From IMG/VR virus record IMGVR_UViG_3300029319_008461, positions 1-64,000 of that record: DNA of 64,000 nucleotides; one strand, given 5' to 3'. Positions 56,361-64,000 of the stretch are shown here, in pieces. The DNA is from a virus. How positions within the stretch are numbered: the first letter of the stretch is position 1; every line of letters starts with the position of its first letter. The translations under genes were made by a program, and so were the position numbers. Below the pieces are notes generated by a model. That model did no database searches. It was not told where the DNA came from and saw nothing but the letters and a program-made list of their open reading frames with translations.

Positions 56361-59300
56361 GCATAAAAAAGTTATTTGAAAATAATAAGCAAGGAAACTC
56401 TGTAGGGAAATATCTCAAGAGTAGTGCAGTAGCGTCTTTAAGTGGCGGCATTGAATCTTCGCAACACCTGAGTGAGACTCTAAGAAGGCAGCAAGAATTC
56501 ACAGCGCCACTAGATTACGGTGATCCAGATGAGTTTGCAAAATATGGCTCAGCCGAAAAATATTACGAGAATAGTTTTAATTATATCTTACAAAATTATC
56601 CTTACGATGGCTCTGGGTTTGAGAAAGAAAAATTTTATAACGATTTAAATCCACTAGAAAAGTTTATCTTCAATGAGAGATATCCAAAGAGCACCGGGTT
56701 TGCATCTATCGGGACAAATTATGGCACTGCGGTATCTCACAGTTCTCATTATTTCTCGTCTCCAAAGACAGAGTTTATTCAGGTAAAGGGTGGGCCTCAT
56801 TCAGGTACTTTGTTCGCATCAAACTTTAGGCAAAACAATCTTGAGTTTGGTGGACCGAGTGGATCGACAGTAGAATTTTTCCTTTCTAAGTCTGATATAC
56901 CTGGCGGCGGAGAGGTGGTTACAACCCAATCACCAAGGCAGGTTATATTTGACTTGTGGAACGGTGTGTCTACAGGCTCAGTAGACGATGACGAAACAAA
57001 CGGCTGCTATGGTAACTTGAGAATTGAGCTTTCAAAAAGCTTAGAAGATAGATTTTTGGTTACGATGTTGTCGGGCACAAAAGGATATGTAACTCAATCT
57101 ATTCCAACGACTGGCGGTGTTGGGAATTATATTACAGGTAGCGGATTTAATCACTTTGCTTTCGTATTTAATACTTCGGAAAGTTCTCCTACAATAGATT
57201 TTTATATCAATGGGGTGTGTCATGAAACAGGGATCTCTCCCACGGGACACCAAGCAGGACAAATAAGCCTAGTAACCGGCTCGTTGGTAGCTAATATTGG
57301 TGCGCTTAGAGTTGCACCATCTGGCGTATCTGATACAAACTCAATGGAAGGACGTGGTAAGCTATCCGGAACTCTTGATGAGTTTAGGTTTTGGCGAACC
57401 GCCAGGTCCGGCGAAGATGTGGGGAGAAACTGGTTTACGCATGTTAATGGCGGGGCCGACAAGCAGGATGCCAACTCTGCTCTTGGTATGTATTTTAAGT
57501 TTAACGAAGGGATCACAGGGACAAGCAGTGTCGATAGCGTTGTTCTAGATTATTCAGGCAGAATATCGAATGGCTCTTGGACCGGGTACGCTGCTGGCGC
57601 AAGAGACACTGGGTCAGCTATAACACAACAGGCACTAACACAGTCTGTTGCTGGAAGAACAGAATTAGAAGATCCAATAGTAATCCCATCGGCCTCGGTA
57701 TTAACTACTAGAAGAGATGAGTTGAAAGAAATAGGTGAGTATCACGACTCAAAAAACCCATCCTTTATCCTCAATTCCTTTCCTGATTGGATAGTTCAAG
57801 AGGACTCAGAATTTGGTAACGAACTAAGAAATTCAACCCAAATAATTTCAACTTACTTTGACACGCTGTATTCGCAAATATCACACTTAACCAAGATAAA
57901 GTCGATGGATTACCTTAGTGGTAGTGCAACTGGCAGCGTATTTGAGTTTCCTCACAATGATCGTCTGGTTGAACAATTAGGGGTTGAAGCTCCAGAATTG
58001 TTTGAGAACGCTGATTTGTTGTCTCAGTTCTTGAAAAGAGGCGAAGACATAAACTTTAAATATGACTTGAGCACGATCAAGAATACGATTTACAAAAACA
58101 TATACAACAACTTAAATCATATTTTAAAATCTAAGGGTAACGAAAAGGCCATAAGAAACTTAGTCAGATGTTTTGGTGTGGATGAGGAAATTATAAAGGT
58201 CAATATATATTCCGACAACTCCACATACAAACTAGACAACAATTATAGGTCAGACACAAGTAACAAAAAATATGCTGATTTCACAGGTTTGCTGGATCAA
58301 GAATCATCAAATGCAACCGTCTATCAGTACCCTAACTCAGACCTTCCGGAATCATACGGTGTAATAAGCGGTAGCAGTGGAAGCCTTAGTTTGATAGAAT
58401 ATGGATTTACTGCCCAGTGTGAGTTTGTATTTCCTAATAGAAAAGAGGTAGACACCCTAACGCACACACCACTACAGGTTGTGACATCATCACTTTTTGG
58501 TTGGCACACGCCACGGGGTGAGCACAAGTTGTTGTCCTCTTCCACGGACACAAGTTGGCACTATCCTAATGCGGACTCCGGGTTACAAGTTGTTGCTATC
58601 AAATCAGCGTCCCAGATGGCCGAGATTATATCACCAACACATCGAGTTAAAGATGTTTTCTTTAAAGTTCTAGACAGGCACAACAATGAGTTAATTGTTT
58701 CGGATGTTTTTAGAAATGTTTATGAAAACAAAAAATGGAACATCGCTTTATCTGTGCATCCTAAGAGGTTCCCGTTTGCGCAAACATCAGGAGCAAATGC
58801 AAATGTTCATGATGGATATGACATTGATTTTTACGCTGTTAATTACGATTCCGGTATTAGACAGGAGAGTTTCTTTAAGACAGGATCATTGACATATAAA
58901 TCGGGATCTGATATAGTTTCTGCTGCAAAAAGATATTATGTTGGAGCACATAGAACAGACTTTACGGGCACAGTGTTAACATCTAGTGATGTGCGTGCGT
59001 CTAGTTTCCGTTATTGGACTGATGTGCTACCAACGGGTGCTATTGATATGCACGCAAGAAGCGCAGATAATTACGGGACACTAAATCCAACTAGACAAGC
59101 ATACACTTTCCAAAGCAAAAACCCAGGTGTTTATATCCCCCAGGCAGACACACTTGCCGTTCATTGGGATTTTGCTGACGTAACGGGTAGTGATGCTTCG
59201 GGAAGATTTAACGTTAATGATTTTTCATCTGGGTCTTTAGACTCAGGTAGTGGTGGTGATTTATTCCATGAATCGCCACAGCACATAAATTCAAGACAGC

Positions 59301-62300
59301 ACACAGGACGAGGTGACTTTTTCCCGGCCTCGGATAAGCCCATCCGCAAGGAACTTCTTTACACAGACAAACTAGAGCTACCAGAGTATGCCGTTAGTAG
59401 CGATATGGTTAAGATAAAAAATATTGATGATGCAGCATATGCACCAATGTTAAGACCAGAGCGATTATTTTATGCGGTAGAGAAAAGCATGTATCGAGGT
59501 ATATCTGAGCGTATGCTTCAATTATTTGCCTCGGTTGAAGAGTTGAATAACCTTATTGGCGATCCTGTTAATAGGTACAGACCAAACTACAAGTCGATGG
59601 AAAAGCTTCGACAAATCTTTTTCTCAAAGGTTGGAAACACTCCAGATCTACAAAAGTACCTTGACTATTATCAGTGGCTAGACTCTGCACTGGGTCAAAT
59701 GTTGGAGCAGATGTTCCCAGCTTCGGCCAAAGTTGCACCTGGTGTAAGAAATATAATTGAATCCCACCTACTCGAAAGGAACAAGTTTAATTATACCTTT
59801 ATGGGTAACCGTAAAAAGTCAACCCGCCAATCAGTAGTTTCAAATCCAGCCTCGGAAGAAATTGTTATTTCTAACGCTGAGCCTGGTGGTGTTGCCAATA
59901 ATCAGGTGGTGCAAGAAGAAGATCCACCGCCAGAAAGACGCCCTGATGCAGCTAGGCCAACCAATCCACCACCAGCCATTACGGAACCAAAAGGACTTAC
60001 AATATCTAACAACAACGGTGCAGGTCAAGTTGCAATACCGTATGACAAGAAAAAAGCACCTCTGCCAGAATCGCCCCCACCAGAAAATAGAAATCGCTGG
60101 TGGTGGATGACCCGTGCCGAAAGAAACACGGTTACAATTTCACAATCTAATCCTGGAGTTATGGCAAGTCGAGAGGCAATTTTTAGACAAGCAAAGTCTT
60201 ACTATGCTCCTAATAGATTAGTAAACATCGGTGCTTTTTTACCGCAAGAAAATAAACCAACAAACCAAGGTATTGGAAACGTAAAAGAGAGCAAAACAGA
60301 AGTTGCTGTTGCCAAAGTTAAATTTGGTGATCTTAAGTTAGATGAGGACGTCAAAGATGAAATAGTTCCTAATGTCAAGAAGCAAAGGAAAGTGCGAGCC
60401 TCTGTAGACGGCGAAGATGTTAAAGGTCAGACTGTCTTACCATTTACGCCTGTGAGTTCTACCGTTAGCTCTGGGTACCAAAAACAACTACAAGATGCAG
60501 GATTGACAAATGTTGACCTGGCTAACCTACATGTTCGCCCAGTGGCGGCACAGACACCATTCACTTTGGCCCACGTTGGTGGACAACAAGCACGCTCTGC
60601 TCCGGTTGGTGCAAAACTGAACCAATCAGATAATGTTAGAAAAGAATCATATCAATTAGAAATAGCCTCTGCTGCCGGCGAGTTTGATGAAACGCCAGCT
60701 AAGACACCTAAAGGTCAGTATAAACGTGGGTCAGGAGCATCTAGACCTGTTAATGTAGCAAACATACAGACACTTACAACTGATATTGCGCCAGAGGGCG
60801 GTGTTAGGGTTCTCGGTAACTTCTCTAAGTTTTACGAAGTATTAAACACTTCAAACCGTGCTGCTACTAATATGGATCTGGCCTTTAACCCTGATGCTTA
60901 TCATACTTCTTCTTTGTTGTTGCAAAGCGGTACAATGCCATCCGCATTTTTGACAGATGTTCCAAGAAGAAATCAGGGGTTAACAGGCTCCGCTGAGTTT
61001 ACGGCTCCGAGACAAAGATCGGGAGTCAGAACAAACAATACGATCATAGCCGACAGATTCTCTGCTCCGGGCAGCAAAGAGGACTCCAAGCAATTATTTA
61101 GAGACAGAACTTCTGATCAGTTTTCTCCGAACAATGCGTTACCGTTTAGAAACATAAAAGTTAGACAGCGATTTAACACGCTTCTTAGAAGACACACCGG
61201 CTTCGGTGGGTTTCAAACTTCATCTTTGGTCACACTTTTAGACAGGTATGACTCCATAGACTTAGGAGCCTTCAATGACGGCATAGTAATACCATCAGGT
61301 GGTCTGCCTGCGGTTCACGGTGATCCACTTTCCATTCACACAGCTTCTCTAGTGGCAGTACACAAAACACAAAGAAATGGCATACTAAGACCAGAACTAG
61401 TCTCTGGCAATCTTAACTCACCGTTGGTGCCAATTATGACCACAGGTGCAGTTCGAGATAATGCCTTTGTGACAAGACCAATACCTGCGGGTGACAGATA
61501 TGCTTGGTTTATGGCCTTGTCCCACTCTCAAGCAACCCCAGGCGATCACCCTGGTCAAAATGTTGGTGACAACTTTCACAACTTCATTTTGTCTTCCTCA
61601 AGGTTCCCAGAGGATATCACGCTATACACCTCGTCGCTAGCACATTCAGAAAAAAATCGTTTGTACCCCGGTAGTTTTGTTGTTCAAGCGAACGGAGTCT
61701 TCAGTAACTCTGGAGGTGGTTTTACTTATATATGGGAAAGAAATGGCGCTGGGTTGTGGGCACCCTGGACTCAGACTCGTTATGGTCAGTTTACTACAAA
61801 GGGTATGTTTAACTCTAAGCAGAACTTTTATCTCATCGACGCCGCTAACATAACCACGAAGGCCGAGTCCGTTGATCAGATTACAGGTAAAAAATTAATT
61901 GCTACTGAAAAAGGCGAGACTGTAAAAGATTTTCAAAAATCAATTGTGCAAGATCAAGACAACGCCCTGCAAATTTTCCAAGGGGGTGGGGGTAATATTC
62001 TTACACACCATATCTCAAAGAGATATAAAGAGCCACCGCTTACATCGAGATATAAGCCATTAGTGCATCACATAAAAACCAGGAGAGGAACACCAGCGTT
62101 AACAGAGAAAAAGTCTGTTGATGTTTCCGTTAAGTATTCTTATGGTAATGAGTTGCAGGGTTTTGCTAATAGAGGGCTTAATATAGATCTTGGGAACAAG
62201 CAAGATTTTAAACTAGGGCAACTAAAAAGGCCTTACGAAGTGTTTAGAGATACATTTGTGGACGGAGTTGACCCATCGGTTGACGGCGTTGAACTCATAA

Positions 62301-64000
62301 AGCTGATGAGTTATAAAGAAACAATTTATCCGAAAGAGATTTATACTTACCTGTCCGCTACTAGAGCAAGAAATTTTTACAGAAATAGTTTCTGGAAGGC
62401 AGACATAGCAACAGGATCTGCTCAGGAACTTATAGCTCGAAACATAACAGAAATGTCAGGATTGATACATGATGCTAACATAGAAGATTTTAATAACTTT
62501 TGGGAAAGAAGCGTTACTGATGAAGGTGCAGGTCGTGGCTTCTCTTCATCCTTTGACTATTTTGTTAAAATGGACGAGCAGTTTCCAGTAGCATTATTCC
62601 AGGGTGACACCTCCGGTAATGTTGGTTATCTTCCTCGTCCAAAATTCACACCGTATGTTGATGGTGAAGGCAATCGTGCTGAGGGTACCGGATCGAAATG
62701 GCCATTAGACTCATTTTATTACTCAGAATTTTCTGGAACTTTATTTACCTCGTCGTTTACCGGCAGCGACCCGATCCTCACCGACGCCGGCACTAATCTT
62801 CTGTTTTGTATGGCCTCAACCTTGCCGGCGGGTGAATTGATGATGCCACATTATGGTATTGTTATGAGTGGTAACGCAGTCAACAGTGGCTCGGAGCAAG
62901 GCGGGGTTAGGTTTAATACCTCAAGCCTTAACTCTCCTCAGTATGTTTACACCGTGCCAACTGAAAAAATTAGAACAACTGATTTGGCCAATGGGAAAGC
63001 AGTGTTTATTGCAGAAGCTCAAGCTGTGGCTGGTCCGGTAACTAGACCACCTTGGACTGCGGCAAGAAGAAGAAAATTTGTTGATGGGCCAAAGAAAAAT
63101 ACACTTGCACCTGCAAGATATCCGTGGTATAATAGTTACGAAGACTGGCAACAAGAACTAAGAAATCTAGGAAAAGATTACACAATTATTCCAGAGTATA
63201 GAATTAGTGAGCTTATGCCAACTTACAAAGAGCTTGGTAATTTTGGTGCGGTTCTATCGGGGGCTCTTAGTGTTACTGGTGCTACCAATGATACAGGTTC
63301 ACAAACAGCATTTAATAGTGCTGATAGAGAATTTTTGCCAAGGTATGCGACATCAGATGCTGCGGAATACCTAAAAACATTTATGAAAGCGGGATCTAAG
63401 GATGCAGAGTTTAATAAGAGCCCAAGACACCTAGAGGTCAAGTCTGAAGCGTTATTGAAACTGCTTCCTTACGAGGGATTTTATCCTGTTCTTAGAACAC
63501 TGGAATTAGCTAGGTTATTCTCGCAGTCCTATGCCCCTGTGATTGAATACTCTGGTGAGGACAACCTAGTAGCGCCAGCCGGTGGATTCTATCCAAGCTT
63601 TAAAACACTTGAACCCCCGAGTCCAGACGAATCCTCTCCTTTGCAACCTAGAGCTTTTAGGGCCATATCCCGTCCATTTTTTGCGCCAGGTATTGTTTAT
63701 AACTCTATTAAAGCTGGTGTCGGTGTTCAGTATCCAATACTTCGTAAAGGCATGGCTGCTCTCAGTCCAAGTTCTATACAAGATCCATTAGACGGACACT
63801 TCAGTGCATCAATATTTTTCTCTCTTGCTACCGGCGATTTAAACGTTTCTGGTTCACCAGAAACTGCAATTACTTTGCCTGGTGGTCGCAGAAGAAGAAA
63901 AGAGGGTACTGCTGAGAATTTTGATTTCTTTAAGCTTGATGAAGGTGTTGTAGGCGATCAGTTGAAAGACGGTAGCCGAGGAGCCCCTCACCGAATGTTC
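56357..64000 (+). CDS. giant baseplate/tail protein with LamG-like domains, 3' truncated by the window (at least 2,548 codons)
   Basis: ATG 56357 overlaps the upstream TGA; reads MSIKKLFENN...FAKYGSAEKYY...YPYDGS; LamG-like GTLDEFRFW...YFKFNEG...DYSG; gp7/tail-I-like NNL..ILKSKG...IRNL.RCFG; no stop seen in the stretches I translated; missing from the ORF track, presumably because it has no stop in the window. Confidence 0.85.
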   Translation, partial: MSIKKLFENNKQGNSVGKYLKSSAVASLSGGIESSQHLSETLRRQQEFTAPLDYGDPDEFAKYGSAEKYYENSFNYILQNYPYDGSGFEKEKFYNDLNPLEKFIFNERYPKSTGFASIGTNYGTAVSHSSHYFSSPKTEFIQVKGGPHSGTLFASNFRQNNLEFGGPSGSTVEFFLSKSDIPGGGEVVTTQSPRQVIFDLWNGVSTGSVDDDETNGCYGNLRIELSKSLEDRFLVTMLSGTKGYVTQSIPTTGGVGNYITGSGFNHFAFVFNTSESSPTIDFYINGVCHETGISPTGHQAGQISLVTGSLVANIGALRVAPSGVSDTNSMEGRGKLSGTLDEFRFWRTARSGEDVGRNWFTHVNGGADKQDANSALGMYFKFNEGITGTSSVDSVVLDYSGRISNGSWTGYAAGARDTGSAITQQALTQSVAGRTELEDPIVIPSASVLTTRRDELKEIGEYHDSKNPSFILNSFPDWIVQEDSEFGNELRNSTQIISTYFDTLYSQISHLTKIKSMDYLSGSATGSVFEFPHNDRLVEQLGVEAPELFENADLLSQFLKRGEDINFKYDLSTIKNTIYKNIYNNLNHILKSKGNEKAIRNLVRCFGVDEEIIKVNIYSDNSTYKLDNNYRSDTSNKKYADFTGLLDQESSNATVYQYPNSDLPESYGVISGSSGSLSLIEYGFTAQCEFVFPNRKEVDTLTHTPLQVVTSSLFGWHTPRGEHKLLSSSTDTSWHYPNADSGLQVVAIKSASQMAEIISPTHRVKDVFFKVLDRHNNELIVSDVFRNVYENKKWNIALSVHPKRFPFAQTSGANANVHDGYDIDFYAVNYDSGIRQESFFKTGSLTYKSGSDIVSAAKRYYVGAHRTDFTGTVLTSSDVRASSFRYWTDVLPTGAIDMHARSADNYGTLNPTRQAYTFQSKNPGVYIPQADTLAVHWDFADVTGSDASGRFNVNDFSSGSLDSGSGGDLFHESPQHINSRQHTGRGDFFPASDKPIRKELLYTDKLELPEYAVSSDMVKIKNIDDAAYAPMLRPERLFYAVEKSMYRGISERMLQLFASVEELNNLIGDPVNRYRPNYKSMEKLRQIFFSKVGNTPDLQKYLDYYQWLDSALGQMLEQMFPASAKVAPGVRNIIESHLLERNKFNYTFMGNRKKSTRQSVVSNPASEEIVISNAEPGGVANNQVVQEEDPPPERRPDAARPTNPPPAITEPKGLTISNNNGAGQVAIPYDKKKAPLPESPPPENRNRWWWMTRAERNTVTISQSNPGVMASREAIFRQAKSYYAPNRLVNIGAFLPQENKPTNQGIGNVKESKTEVAVAKVKFGDLKLDEDVKDEIVPNVKKQRKVRASVDGEDVKGQTVLPFTPVSSTVSSGYQKQLQDAGLTNVDLANLHVRPVAAQTPFTLAHVGGQQARSAPVGAKLNQSDNVRKESYQLEIASAAGEFDETPAKTPKGQYKRGSGASRPVNVANIQTLTTDIAPEGGVRVLGNFSKFYEVLNTSNRAATNMDLAFNPDAYHTSSLLLQSGTMPSAFLTDVPRRNQGLTGSAEFTAPRQRSGVRTNNTIIADRFSAPGSKEDSKQLFRDRTSDQFSPNNALPFRNIKVRQRFNTLLRRHTGFGGFQTSSLVTLLDRYDSIDLGAFNDGIVIPSGGLPAVHGDPLSIHTASLVAVHKTQRNGILRPELVSGNLNSPLVPIMTTGAVRDNAFVTRPIPAGDRYAWFMALSHSQATPGDHPGQNVGDNFHNFILSSSRFPEDITLYTSSLAHSEKNRLYPGSFVVQANGVFSNSGGGFTYIWERNGAGLWAPWTQTRYGQFTTKGMFNSKQNFYLIDAANITTKAESVDQITGKKLIATEKGETVKDFQKSIVQDQDNALQIFQGGGGNILTHHISKRYKEPPLTSRYKPLVHHIKTRRGTPALTEKKSVDVSVKYSYGNELQGFANRGLNIDLGNKQDFKLGQLKRPYEVFRDTFVDGVDPSVDGVELIKLMSYKETIYPKEIYTYLSATRARNFYRNSFWKADIATGSAQELIARNITEMSGLIHDANIEDFNNFWERSVTDEGAGRGFSSSFDYFVKMDEQFPVALFQGDTSGNVGYLPRPKFTPYVDGEGNRAEGTGSKWPLDSFYYSEFSGTLFTSSFTGSDPILTDAGTNLLFCMASTLPAGELMMPHYGIVMSGNAVNSGSEQGGVRFNTSSLNSPQYVYTVPTEKIRTTDLANGKAVFIAEAQAVAGPVTRPPWTAARRRKFVDGPKKNTLAPARYPWYNSYEDWQQELRNLGKDYTIIPEYRISELMPTYKELGNFGAVLSGALSVTGATNDTGSQTAFNSADREFLPRYATSDAAEYLKTFMKAGSKDAEFNKSPRHLEVKSEALLKLLPYEGFYPVLRTLELARLFSQSYAPVIEYSGEDNLVAPAGGFYPSFKTLEPPSPDESSPLQPRAFRAISRPFFAPGIVYNSIKAGVGVQYPILRKGMAALSPSSIQDPLDGHFSASIFFSLATGDLNVSGSPETAITLPGGRRRRKEGTAENFDFFKLDEGVVGDQLKDGSRGAPHRMF

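Noticed and set aside
57121-57130. Apparent one-base frameshift in the giant ORF (this printed block appears to have 9 bases)
   Set aside because: The translation of antisense track ORF 57041..57262 implies GGGAATAATATT, which keeps the frame open (VGNNITGSG); treated as a display or reading artefact

Overview
This window is a 64-kb segment of a large, AT-rich, myovirus-like (jumbo) bacteriophage genome. It uses the standard genetic code and is almost entirely on the + strand. From left to right it carries: small hypothetical genes; a candidate structured RNA; a DNA adenine methyltransferase; a minimal TilS that abuts a CAT-anticodon tRNA (four tRNAs in all); Gly/Ser-rich fibre-like paralogs; a J-domain protein; an inverted cassette with a Cys-repeat/vWA lipoprotein; a trypsin-like lipoprotein; a ligase-like/HIGH-nucleotidyltransferase fusion; a complete tmRNA; PIN-PhoH, zincin and Cas4-like genes; an unbroken ~25-kb, 27-gene glycosyltransferase and nucleotide-sugar cluster; a T4 gp55-like sigma factor; and baseplate genes ending in a >2,500-codon ORF that runs off the window and is absent from the ORF track. 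The best candidate for an undescribed system is a phage-encoded virion glycosylation pathway. The cluster encodes branched-sugar, nonulosonate and heptose modules (including a PanB homolog) but no lipid-carrier or export machinery. A subset of unrelated virion proteins is strongly enriched in an [S/T]-[G/A/S]-S tripeptide that could be the acceptor sequon. A CTAnTTA intergenic motif is a candidate late promoter. All calls are by-eye motif recognition; no database searches were run.
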